DNA of 64,000 nucleotides from an uncultured delta proteobacterium (GTDB lineage Bacteria; Myxococcota; Myxococcia; Myxococcales; Myxococcaceae): NCBI GenBank assembly GCA_963771175.1, contig CAVYSY010000050.1, positions 96,001 to 160,000 of the forward strand, read 5' to 3'. Shown piece by piece: positions 53,662 to 64,000 of this stretch (position 1 is its first letter; each line of letters starts with the position of its first letter). The notes under the pieces were generated by a model. It saw only the letters and a program-made list of their open reading frames with translations, ran no database searches and was not told where the DNA came from. The position numbers and the translations under genes were made by a program.

Positions 53662-55849
53662 TCAGTTCTCCACCACCGCGAAGTGCGAGGTGAGCTTGTA
53701 GGCGGAGAGCGTGCCGAGCTCGTCCAGGAAGTAGAGGTTGAGCTGCGCATCGGCCTGCAGCGCCGTGAGGCCCGCTCCGGCCCGCACCTCGGCGAGCACG
53801 TTGCCGCTGTCCGGATCCACCGCGCGCACGCGCTCGCCCGGCACCAGCACCACGCCGCGCGAGATGACGGGTAGCAGCGCCTTCGAGAGCTGCTCGCCCG
53901 CCGCTCCCACCCGCCAGTCCACCTCGCCGTCATCGCTCATCCGCGCGGCGGCTCCGAGCGCCGACGTCACCAGCACTCCGCCCGGCAGCTTCGCCAGTGC
54001 GTAGGGCCCCGGCCCCAGGTGCAGCGCGCGCTGCCATCGCGTCTGCCCGTTCGCGTCGAGGCACAGGAGCACGCCCTCGCCCTCGAGCTCCCCGGCGATG
54101 AACAGGCGCTTCCCGCTGGGGAGCGGCGTCGAGGGCAGGGCCAGTGACATCTCGTACGTCCAGACGGCCTCGCCGGTGTGGGCATCCGACAGCAGCAGCG
54201 CGCAGTGCGAGCCCTGGCCCAGCAGCGCCACGAAGCGCCGGCCCCAGGGCACCGGCGGGCCCAGGAAGGGGAGGGACGCGCTCATGCGGAAGCGCACCTG
54301 TCCATCCGCCAGGTCCAGCCCGTAGAGGTAGCCCGAGTCCGTCGCCAGCAGGGCGCGGTGGGCCTGAATCCCCAGGTGGCTGCGCCGCGTGCGCGGGGGC
54401 GCCAGTCGCCACATCTCCCGGCCCGTCACCTCGTTGAAGGCGAGGGCGATCCGATCATCCGAGAGCGTGAGCAGCAGCCCGTCCTGCCGCAGCAGCAGCG
54501 GGCCGATGTTCAGGCCATCGTGGTCGTGCAGCCAGCGCGCACTCGCGCCCTTGCCCTGGAAGCCGCAGATGCGCACGGTGCTCGCCCCGAGGCTGTAGCC
54601 ATCCGCCGAGGCCGCCACGCCATGGGTCGCCGCCCGTCGCCAGAGCTGCTTGCCCGTCTTGCGCTCGAAGGCGCAGGCCATCCGCGGGGACGAGAACACC
54701 ACCCCCTGGCGCCCCAGCATCAGCCGCCCCTGGTCCGCGTCCGCCAGCTTGCGCTGCTCCCACAGGCTCTGGAAGCGCAGGCGGCGCAGGCGCCCGGGCA
54801 CCTTCAGCGGGCGGGAGGCCCCAGGCGAGGGGGCCGTGCCGGGCGATCGCTGGCGTGCTCTCCTCGGGAGGTTGTACGGCCCCGCGCATGTGCGAGAGGC
54901 CCTCCCGGCAGCGCTCGGTCAGCTCCACGAGGTAGGGGTTGCTCGCCAGCGAGCGCTCCCGCTCGGCCATGGCCACCGCCAGGGCCTGTCCCAGGTGGAA
55001 CATGGCCTCCACCAGCGCCTCGCCCTGGAGGGGAAGGGCGGTGCCTCCCAGCCGGCCCTCTCCCGCCTTCAGGTCCAGCATCAGCTCCGGACGCACCCCC
55101 GCGGGCTCGAAGCCGAAGCGCGGCTCGCCCAACTCCATCGCCCGTGCCAGGTCCGCCGCCTGCCGGGTCAGCTCCAGCACGGTGAGGAAGGGCGGCCCCG
55201 GCGCGCGCCACGCCACCGGACGGTCCGGCAGGGACAGCCACACCTCTCCCGGGCACAGCAGCGAGGCCAGCGCCGGACCCTTCTCCCTCGCCGAACGACG
55301 CAGCACGTCATCCGGATCCTCCAGCGCGAAGCCGAAGCCGGGCACCGACGGCGGCGCCACCCGCCGGGTGAAGGGCTGGGGCCGGAGCTCCTCTGGATGG
55401 TGGGCGGGCTCGTCGAGCCGCTTCAGCGCCCGCTCGAGCCCCTGCCCGTGCTCCCTGCTCAGCGCCCGGGGGGCCACCTGGGAGATGTCCTTCAGGAAGT
55501 CCCGGCCACATGCCCGGGCCGCCTCCGCCAGCTCCTCCGCGTCCAGCCGCAGCGGCGGGCGCAGCAGCCGGGCCGGCCGCGACAGGCTCGCCACCTGTAG
55601 CTCGATGTCCGCTCCTGAACGCCTCAGCACCAGCTCCAGGTGCGCCTCCGCCAGCGAGGCCTGGGCCAGTCTCTGGCTCCCCGCATGCAACGCGGCCACG
55701 GCCCCCACGAGCGCCGGCACCGCCTCCACGAGCGATTCCTCCACCGCGCCCGGCAGCAGATTCACCCCGTCCAGCTCCATCGCGACGGAATCGCGCGGAG
55801 GGTTGGCGGGTTCGCGTTTCCATCGATGTCCGATGCGAAAGCGGAGCAT
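53662..55849 (-). CDS. PQQ-like beta-propeller repeat protein, frameshift near 54820-54860
   Basis: Repeated ...TGxxxW propeller motifs in 53662-54801; N-terminal part in the frame of 54455..57040. Confidence 0.78.
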
Positions 55850-55951
55850 CCCTTCCCCATTCGTTGACAAGCCAGAATAGCGATGGCTAGCATCCGCCGC
55901 CCATACGGACCTACATTTTTGTAACCGTTCGAATTTCTTGGGGAATCGCCG

Positions 55952-58219
55952 ATGACTTTTTACGAGGCCGCTCTCCGTGTCCTGGAGAGCGAAGGTCGAC
56001 CCCTCACCTTCCTGGAGATCACCGAGAAATCGATCGCCGAGAACCTGCTGTCCCACGTCGGCAAGACGCCCGAGCTGACGATGCTGTCGCGGCTCGCGGC
56101 GATGGCCCGCCGGACGCGCGATCGCAAGGTGGTGGTCACCGCCAAGGACACCTTCGCGCTCGTCGACTGGGCGTTGCCGGAGGACGCCGAGGCGTTGGCG
56201 TTGACGGGAGTGATGGAGCCACATCCAGAGGACAGCCTGCCGCCCCTGCGGCCGGACGAGCGCCATCCGGAGCCGCGCACGGAGAACGTGCGCGCCGCGG
56301 GGCGTGGCACCGAGCGGGGCAAGCGCCGCCGCGAGGAGGAGGAGGAGGGTCGGGGTGGCAGTCGCCGCCGCTTCCCGCCCATGCCGGAGGTGGTGTTCGA
56401 GATCCTCAGCGAGTCCGAGCAGTCGCTGCGCCCGGAGCAGCTCCTGGAGCGGGCGAAGAGCAAGGAGCTGGCGGGCGAGGACCTGACCGTGGAGGCGCTG
56501 CTCACCGCGCTGCTGGAGGACAACCAGCGCCGCATCGACGCGGGCCGCCGTCCCCAGTTCTCCCTGTCCACGGAGACCGGGGCGGTGACGCTGGAGCGCG
56601 CCGGCGCGCCGAGCGAGGCGCCGCCGCTGGAGCTGCAGGCCGCGTTCGCCGCCGCGCTGGGGATTCCGCTCGAGGACGGGCGCCCGGTGCTGCCGAAGGC
56701 CGGTGCCGCCGCCGCCGCGACTCCCGAGGCCCAGGCCGATGCCGTCCTGCTGACGACGGCGCGCACGGCGGTGAAGGACGCGCGCAAGGCCGTGGCTCGG
56801 GCGGTGCGCAAGCGCCTCGGCGAGCTGGACGTGGGCACCTTCGAGAAGTCCGTCGTGAAGATGATGCACGCGCTGGGCTTCCGCGAGCTGAAGGTGGCCA
56901 AGCGCTCCAAGGAGGGCCCGCTGCTCACCGCGCGCAAGCGCGAGGGCAGCGTGGACCTGCGCTACGCCATCCGCATGCTCAAGGGCACGCCGGCCCTGGA
57001 GCGCAAGGCGGTGCAGGAGCTGCGCAAGGACCTCGGCCACTACTCGGCCCAGGTGGGCCTGCTGGCGTGCGCCGGGGACGTGCGCGGCGATGCGCGCACC
57101 GAGGCCCAGGCGAGCGGCTCGCTGGTGATGCTGTGGTGCGGTGACGCGCTCGGCGAGAAGTTCCTCGAGGCCAAGGCCGCGGTGACCGTCACCACGGTGG
57201 AGTTGTACGACGTCGACGAGCGCTTCTTCGAGGTGGCGAAGCTCGAGGCCGAGGAGGCGCAGAAGCGTCGCGAGGAGCGCCAGCGCGAGAAGCAGGCCCG
57301 CACCGAGGAGGGGGAGGAGGGCGCCGAGGAGACCGAGGCCCGCGAGACCGAGGCCGCCGAGGAGGCCCCCGCGCCGTCCCGCCGCGAGGAGCGCCAGCGC
57401 GCCCGCGAGGAGCGTCGTCGCGAGCGGCAGGCCCGTGCCGAGCAGGCCCGCGCCGAGAAGCCCGAGGCCGCGCAGGCGCCGGTCGCCGTCGCGCCCACCG
57501 AGGCCGTCGCGCCCGCTGCCCTCTCCGAGGAGGAGCAGGGCGAGGAGGGTGAGGAGGAGGGCGAGGACGAGGAGCTGGAGGCAGCGAGCGCCTTCGTCGG
57601 TGGCGGTCAGCCGGAGGGGGGTCCTCCGGGCGAGACCGCGGGTGAGCGCAAGCGCCGCCGCCGTCGTCGTCGGGGTCGTCGCGGCCGGGGTGGTCGTGGT
57701 CCCGAGGGGGCTCCGGGCGTCGAGGGTGCAGCCGGGGCGCCAGGGACTCCTCCGGGTGAGGGCGTCGCCGCCGCCGAGGGTGTCGCCGCCGCCGAGGGTG
57801 CCGCCACCACCGAGGGTGCCGCCACCACCGAGGGTGCCGCCACCACCGAGGGTGCCGCCACCACCGAGGGTGCCGCCACCGCCGGGGTGACTTCCGGTGA
57901 GGGCGTCGCCACCGCCGGGCCCGTTGCCGAGGCCGCTGCTCCGGCTCCTGTCCAGGAGGCCGCCGCATCCGCGCCCTCCGAGGGCATGGCGGCTCCGGGT
58001 GAGGCCGTGAGGACGGCCGCCGAGTGGCAGTCGCCCTTCCCGAGCGTGGAGAGTTCCGCTCCGGCCGAGGCCCAGCGTACGGCCGCGGAGGAGTACGCTC
58101 GGGTGGCCGCCGAGAAGGCGGAATCCGTCGCCGAGGGGGCCCGTCCTCCCTCGGAGCCGGCCCCCTCCAACGAGCCACCTCCCTCGGGGGGCGGCTCGCC
58201 GGAAGGCGGGACGACCTGA
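55952..58219 (+). CDS. HARE-HTH x2 + restriction-endonuclease-like domain + acidic/basic low-complexity tail
   Basis: MTFYEAALRVLESEGRPL..EIT..GKTP (HARE-HTH); TFEKSV..LGF Mrr-like region. Confidence 0.8.
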   Translation: MTFYEAALRVLESEGRPLTFLEITEKSIAENLLSHVGKTPELTMLSRLAAMARRTRDRKVVVTAKDTFALVDWALPEDAEALALTGVMEPHPEDSLPPLRPDERHPEPRTENVRAAGRGTERGKRRREEEEEGRGGSRRRFPPMPEVVFEILSESEQSLRPEQLLERAKSKELAGEDLTVEALLTALLEDNQRRIDAGRRPQFSLSTETGAVTLERAGAPSEAPPLELQAAFAAALGIPLEDGRPVLPKAGAAAAATPEAQADAVLLTTARTAVKDARKAVARAVRKRLGELDVGTFEKSVVKMMHALGFRELKVAKRSKEGPLLTARKREGSVDLRYAIRMLKGTPALERKAVQELRKDLGHYSAQVGLLACAGDVRGDARTEAQASGSLVMLWCGDALGEKFLEAKAAVTVTTVELYDVDERFFEVAKLEAEEAQKRREERQREKQARTEEGEEGAEETEARETEAAEEAPAPSRREERQRAREERRRERQARAEQARAEKPEAAQAPVAVAPTEAVAPAALSEEEQGEEGEEEGEDEELEAASAFVGGGQPEGGPPGETAGERKRRRRRRRGRRGRGGRGPEGAPGVEGAAGAPGTPPGEGVAAAEGVAAAEGAATTEGAATTEGAATTEGAATTEGAATAGVTSGEGVATAGPVAEAAAPAPVQEAAASAPSEGMAAPGEAVRTAAEWQSPFPSVESSAPAEAQRTAAEEYARVAAEKAESVAEGARPPSEPAPSNEPPPSGGGSPEGGTT
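57758..57883 (+). repeat. 18-bp coding tandem repeat x7 (EGVAAA/EGAATT)
   Basis: gagggtgccgccaccacc units. Confidence 0.9.
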
Positions 58220-58276
58220 CGTCTTCGCGCTCTCCGCGGGTGAGGGGAGCGCGAGACTGGGCTAGGGTAGGCCGGT

Positions 58277-59206
58277 ATGAAGCCCGGCCTGCTCATCGTA
58301 GTGGTGGCCTTGATGCTCGGCGCCTGCCGTTCGCGGGAGCCGCTCCTGCCGGTGGAGCGCGTCACGCTCAAGGGCGCGACGGTGGTGGACAACGGCCTGC
58401 TCGGTTGGGGGCCGTCGGACGTTCACGAGCTCTTCTCGGACACGCTGCGCCAGAGCCGCCGCTTCGAGCTGCTCGAGAATGACGAGAAGGACGAGAAGGC
58501 GCGGCGGATGAAGGGCGCCTGGTCGCTCACGCTGGAGCTGCCCTTCACTCGCGAGTCGCTCAAGGACGGCAGTGCGTTCACCTTCGCCGAGGTGGGCGCC
58601 ACCCTGGAGCTGGAGCGGCGCGAGGCGGAGTCCACCGCTCGCTACCAGGTGGTGGGAATTGGCGAGGTGCGGGTGGAAGGGAAGGACCCCGAGGCTCGGC
58701 GCAAGGCGCTGCGCGAGGCGCTCCAGCGGGCCTTCAGCCAGGTCTCCGAGGCCGCCGCGCTCCAGATGGCGGCGGCGGACCGGGAGGACGCGGCGCTCCT
58801 GCAGGACCTGCAGTCGCCGGACGAGCGGGTGCGCGAGTTCGCCCTGCACGTGCTAGCCGAGCGACGCAACCCCGCGTCGGCGCCGCTGCTCATCCGCCAG
58901 TTGGAGGACGAGGACGCGCAGGAGGTGCGCCAGGCCATCGGCGCGCTGGTGGAGATGAAGGCGCGCACCGCCGTTCCCGCGCTCATCGAGTTGGTGAAGG
59001 ATCGGGAGGTCGGCTTCGTGCAGGAGGTCGTCTTCGCCATCGGGGAGATTGGGGGCGCCGAGGCCGAGGCGTACCTCTTCACGGTGGCGCACGGGCATGA
59101 TCAGCCGGATGTCCAGGCCGCCGCCCAGCAGGCGCTGGACACGCTCTACGCATCACGCAAGCTGGCCACTCCGGAGGCGCGCGGTACGGATCGCGCGAAA
59201 CACTGA
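58277..59206 (+). CDS. HEAT-repeat lipoprotein
   Basis: MLGAC lipobox; VRQAIGAL..AVPALIEL repeats. Confidence 0.85.
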   Translation: MKPGLLIVVVALMLGACRSREPLLPVERVTLKGATVVDNGLLGWGPSDVHELFSDTLRQSRRFELLENDEKDEKARRMKGAWSLTLELPFTRESLKDGSAFTFAEVGATLELERREAESTARYQVVGIGEVRVEGKDPEARRKALREALQRAFSQVSEAAALQMAAADREDAALLQDLQSPDERVREFALHVLAERRNPASAPLLIRQLEDEDAQEVRQAIGALVEMKARTAVPALIELVKDREVGFVQEVVFAIGEIGGAEAEAYLFTVAHGHDQPDVQAAAQQALDTLYASRKLATPEARGTDRAKH

Positions 59207-59209
59207 CAC

Positions 59210-59809
59210 ATGAAGCTCTCGTCTGTCGTCGTACGGTGGGGCCTCGGGGCCGCACTGACCATGGGAGTCGGCGCGTGCGCGAGCCGGCAGCAGGTGGTTG
59301 AGAAGGAGACCCGTCCCTCCGAGTCGCTGGCCGCGTACTACCCGCTGGCCGTGGGCAACCGCTGGACGTACCGGGTCAACGGCCGCGTGGACAAGACCGT
59401 GGACGTGGAGGTGCTCAAGGAGGAGGACGGGTACTTCCTCGACAACCAGGGCGGGCAGCTCTCCGTGGATGGGTTCGGCATCCGGGATCGCAAGCGCTAC
59501 CTGCTGCGCGGGCCGCTCGCCGAGGGCAACGCGTGGACGAACGTGGTGTCCGTGTCCTCCACCGAGCGCTACCGCATCCTCCAGGCGGGAGTGCCCTGTG
59601 AGGCGCCGGCCGGCTCCTTCGCCCACTGCGTGCGGGTGGAGGCGCGCAACCGCGTGGACGCGGAAACCACGCTGGTGAACGCGCTCACCTTCGCCGAGGG
59701 CGTGGGGCTGGTGCGCGTGGAGGTGTCCGCCGAGAAGAGTAACGGCGAGCGCCTGCCGCAGACGTGGTTGGAGCTGGCCTCGTATCGGCTCGAGAACGCG
59801 GGTCGCTGA
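59210..59809 (+). CDS. Hypothetical lipoprotein
   Basis: VGAC lipobox; YYPLAVGNRWTY, PAGSF..CVRV and FAEGVGLV motifs. Confidence 0.8.
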   Translation: MKLSSVVVRWGLGAALTMGVGACASRQQVVEKETRPSESLAAYYPLAVGNRWTYRVNGRVDKTVDVEVLKEEDGYFLDNQGGQLSVDGFGIRDRKRYLLRGPLAEGNAWTNVVSVSSTERYRILQAGVPCEAPAGSFAHCVRVEARNRVDAETTLVNALTFAEGVGLVRVEVSAEKSNGERLPQTWLELASYRLENAGR

Positions 59810-59826
59810 GAACAGGGGAGCGGAAC

Positions 59827-61149
59827 ATGAAGGAGATTGGCATTGCCCTGCTGGGGCTGGGCAACGTGGGGCTGGGGACGTACCGGATCCTCAATCAGCA
59901 CGCGAAGGACATCGAGCGGCGTCTGGGCGCGCGAGTGCGTGTGCGCCACGTGCTGGTGCGCAACCAGGGCAAGGCCCGTCCCGAGGACGTACCCGCCTCG
60001 CTCCTCACCCACGACATCCAGACCATCCTGAAGGATCCGGAGGTGTCGGTGGTGGTGGAGGTGATGGGCGGGCTGAGCCCCTCGAGCGAGTACCTCGAGC
60101 AGGCGATCGCCTCGGGGCGCCACGTGGTGACGGCGAACAAGGCGCTGCTGTCCTCGCAGGGTGAGGCGCTCTTCTCGAAGGCGGTGGCGCGCGGGGTGGA
60201 CGTCCACTTCGAGGGCGCCGTCTGTGGCGGCATCCCCATCATCCGCACGCTGCGCGAGGCGCTCGCGTCGGACCGGGTGGAGTCGCTCATCGGCATCGTC
60301 AACGGCACCACCAACTTCATCCTCTCGGCCATGGCGGACGAGGGGGCCACGTACGCGGACGCGCTCCGGCGTGCGCAGGAGCTCGGCTACGCGGAGGCGG
60401 ATCCGACGTTCGACGTGGGAGGCATGGACGCGGCGCAGAAGCTGTGCCTGCTGGCCTCGCTGGCCTTCTCCGCGCGCGTGTCCCCCGAGTCCATCCTCGT
60501 CGAGGGGATTACCAGCCTCACCCCCGCGGACATCTCCTACGGGCGCGAGGCGGGCTATGTCCTCAAGCTGCTCGCCCAGGCGCGCCGCGCTCCCGAGGGC
60601 CTGGATGTGCGCGTGCACCCGGCCTTCATCCCCGCCGCCAGCCCCCTGGCGGACGTGCGCAGCGCCTTCAACGCGGTGCTGCTCCAGTCCGCCGCGCTGG
60701 GGGCCTCGCTCTACTCGGGCCGGGGCGCCGGGGCGATGCCCACCGGCAGCGCGGTGGTGTCGGACATCATCGACACCTGCCGCAACCTCCTGGCCGGCGT
60801 CTCCGGGCGCCTGCCCCTGCCGTGCGCGCCGCACGTGCAGGACGTGCCCCTGCTGCCCTCGGGCGAGCGTCGCGGGCCGGCCTACCTGCGCTTCTCCGTC
60901 AGCGACGAGCCCGGCGTGTTGGGGCGCATCGCCAGCGTGATGGGGGAGAAGGGGGTGAGCATCAACTCGGTGCTCCAGCGCCCCCCTCGCCCCGAGGACT
61001 CCCACGCCACCATCGTCGTCTTCACCCACGACACGCGCGAGTCGGATGTCATGGCCGCGGTGAAGTGGATCGACTCGCTGCGCAGCACACGTGCTCCCAC
61101 CCAGGTCATCCGTATCGAAGAGGGGCCCGGGGTGCTCCTCGCAGGGTAG
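59827..61149 (+). CDS. hom: Homoserine dehydrogenase with an ACT domain
   Basis: GLGNVG, VVTANK, GIVNGTTNFIL and GYAEADP motifs. Confidence 0.96.
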   Translation: MKEIGIALLGLGNVGLGTYRILNQHAKDIERRLGARVRVRHVLVRNQGKARPEDVPASLLTHDIQTILKDPEVSVVVEVMGGLSPSSEYLEQAIASGRHVVTANKALLSSQGEALFSKAVARGVDVHFEGAVCGGIPIIRTLREALASDRVESLIGIVNGTTNFILSAMADEGATYADALRRAQELGYAEADPTFDVGGMDAAQKLCLLASLAFSARVSPESILVEGITSLTPADISYGREAGYVLKLLAQARRAPEGLDVRVHPAFIPAASPLADVRSAFNAVLLQSAALGASLYSGRGAGAMPTGSAVVSDIIDTCRNLLAGVSGRLPLPCAPHVQDVPLLPSGERRGPAYLRFSVSDEPGVLGRIASVMGEKGVSINSVLQRPPRPEDSHATIVVFTHDTRESDVMAAVKWIDSLRSTRAPTQVIRIEEGPGVLLAG

Positions 61150-61255
61150 GGGGCAGCCGAGCAACCGACTGATTCGGTTACCTGCCTGGCGGGGTGGTTG
61201 AAAGCCGCGCCGCTCGTCCCTACCCTGGGGGCCCTTTTCGCCGGAGGGCCTCTGG

Positions 61256-62282
61256 ATGGGTGCGATGGAGAACGCCGAGCAGACTCAAGAGGAGCTCATC
61301 CTCGGTTTCCTCGCGGATGGGCGTGACGAATACACCTCGGGAGAGGCGCTCTCCGCCAAGCTGGGCCTGTCGCGCACCGCCGTGTGGAAGCACGTGCAGG
61401 CGTTGCGCGGCAAGGGCTACCGCATCGACGCCGTGCCCGCCCGGGGCTATCGGCTGGTGGACGTGCCGGATCGGCTCTCGCCGCTGGAGCTGTCGCCGCT
61501 GTTGGCCACCCACCACCTCGGGCAGAGCATCCACTTCCACGAGACCCTGCCGTCCACCAACGAGGCCGCCTTCCGGCTGGCCGCGGACGGCGCCGAGCAC
61601 GGCGAGGTGGTCGTCACCGAGCAGCAGACGGCCGGCAAGGGCCGCCGGGGCCGCGTCTGGGTGTCGCCTCCGAGGCTGAACCTGTACTTCTCCGCCATCC
61701 TCCGGCCGGAGCTGGCGCCGCAGCAGGCCCCCGAGCTCACGCTGGTGGCCGCGGTGGCGCTGGCCGAGACGCTGCGTGAAGAAGGCGTCGACGCCCTCAT
61801 CAAGTGGCCCAACGACGTGCAGATCGGTGGCCGCAAGGTGGCGGGCATCCTCACCGAGCTGTCGGCGGAGCCGGAGCGCGTCCACTTCGTGGTGCTGGGC
61901 ATCGGCGTCAACCTCAACGCCGGCCGCGAGGACTTCCCCCCGGAGGTGGCCGCCACCGCCACCTCGCTCTCCGAGGCGCTGGGCCGGCGCGTCAACCGCG
62001 CCCTCTTCACCACCGCCCTCTGGGGCCGCCTCGAGGAGTGGCTGGACCTGCACCACGAGGAGGGCTTCGATCCGGTGCGCCAGCGCTGGAAGGCAGCTGT
62101 CCTCCACGCTCGGCCAGGACGTGCTGGTGCGTACCGACCGATCGGAATTGCGCGGTGTGGCCGAAGACATCGATCCCGCCGGGGCGCTCCTGGTGCGGAC
62201 GGCGCGGGGCTCGCTGGAGCGGGTGCTCGCCGGGGATGTGGAGCAGCTCCGTCCCCGGGTGACTCCGCCGCGCCCCGAATAG
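61256..62282 (+). CDS. birA: Bifunctional biotin ligase/repressor, frameshift near 62090
   Basis: [26 protein letters not shown] and KVAGIL motifs. Confidence 0.93.
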
Positions 62283-62322
62283 GGGCGTGGGCGGGCGGCT
62301 TCGCGCTAGAGTCGGCGAGGCC

Positions 62323-63095
<773 letters not shown>

Positions 63096-63098
<3 letters not shown>

Positions 63099-64000
63099 GC
63101 ACCACCGCCGCGCCCCAGGACGATTCCGGCCTCGCCCAGGGCTGCCCCATCACCGCGGAGTTCCTGCCGCCCACATGCGCAAGCACGTGGATCCGGCCGC
63201 GCCGCCGCGCCGCTGCGGATGATGGCCGCCAAGGCCCTGGTGCCGCTGGCGCCCGCGGACATGCTCGGCGCGCTCTTCATGCTCACGTTCGATCGCGGAC
63301 GCGGGCGTGCGCGAGACGGCCACGAAGAGCGGCCGCCGGCCTGCCGGATCGCATCCTCTCCGCCGCCCTGCGTGACGAGGACGTCGCCGCCCCCGTGCTG
63401 GGCTGGTTCCTCGCGCGGCTGCGCGGCCAAGGACGTCTACGCCGAGATGCTCGTCCTCAACCCCACCACGCCCGACGAGGCGGTGGCCGAGGTGGCCGCG
63501 AGCTGCAGCGCGAAGATCGCGGAGATCATCGCCGAGAACCAGCTCCGCGATCCTGCGCCACGAGGACATCATCCGCAGCTCTGCACAACCCGCAGCGCCA
63601 GCCGGCGCCCTGATCGACACGCGTCTGTGACTTCGCGGTGCGCAGCGGCGTGATCCTCGCGGACGTGCCGCAGATGCAGGCCGCGCGCGTGCGCCTCTTC
63701 GGGCCCCAGGCCGCTCCCGCCCGAGCCCGGTCCCACCGCCGAGGAGATCATCGAGGAGTTCAAGGACGTCGTGGCCAAGGAGCCGGCGGAGGGGGAGGCG
63801 GAGAACGCCCCGCCCATCGAGGAGGCCAAGAAGCTCAGCCTCACCCAGCGCATCATGAAGATGAGCATCGCCGAGAAGATCAAGCTGGCGACGCTGGGCA
63901 ACAAGGAGGCGCGCAGCATCCTCATCCGCGACACCAACAAGCTGGTCTGCGGTCGCCGTCATCCGCAGCCCGCGCATCACCGACGGCGAGGTCCTCTCCG
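63096..64000 (+). CDS. Conserved hypothetical protein, frameshifted, runs off the window
   Basis: KKLSLTQRIMKMSIAEKIKLATLGNKEARSILIRDTNKLV; start uncertain. Confidence 0.65.

Overview
GC-rich myxobacterial (Archangium/Cystobacter-like, inferred from gene content) chromosomal segment. Bases ~1.7-24 kb are an accessory region. It has three same-orientation ~107-bp repeats resembling the oriIS end of IS91/ISCR elements, IS91, IS21 and RAYT-type transposase pieces, orphan immunity-like genes, a JAB-motif lipoprotein and a decayed rsmG copy overprinted by a lipoprotein tail. It also has a lipase + phospholipase D/CE-clan (Ulp1-like) protease fusion gene pair, and a PPIase / giant Ig-like-hydrolase / Cys-rich lipoprotein cluster. 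Bases ~24-64 kb are mostly core-like: msrA, FG-GAP-lysyl oxidase, mtgA, cytochrome c, ACP-FAAL-PlsC, KefC, an inserted REase+TOPRIM-like pair, a yfa/mag-type alpha-2-macroglobulin operon with an intact CxEQ, a sigma32-family factor with a sigma54-type promoter, a DUF692 enzyme, udk, metX-like, hom, birA and coaX. Many genes, including birA and coaX, carry small indels, which suggests assembly error rather than true pseudogenisation. Best candidates for an undescribed system: the lipase/PLD-Ulp1 effector pair, the REase+TOPRIM pair, and the thioester-bearing A2M operon with a peptidase-PBP-SpoIID fusion. All family assignments are by eye; no searches were run.
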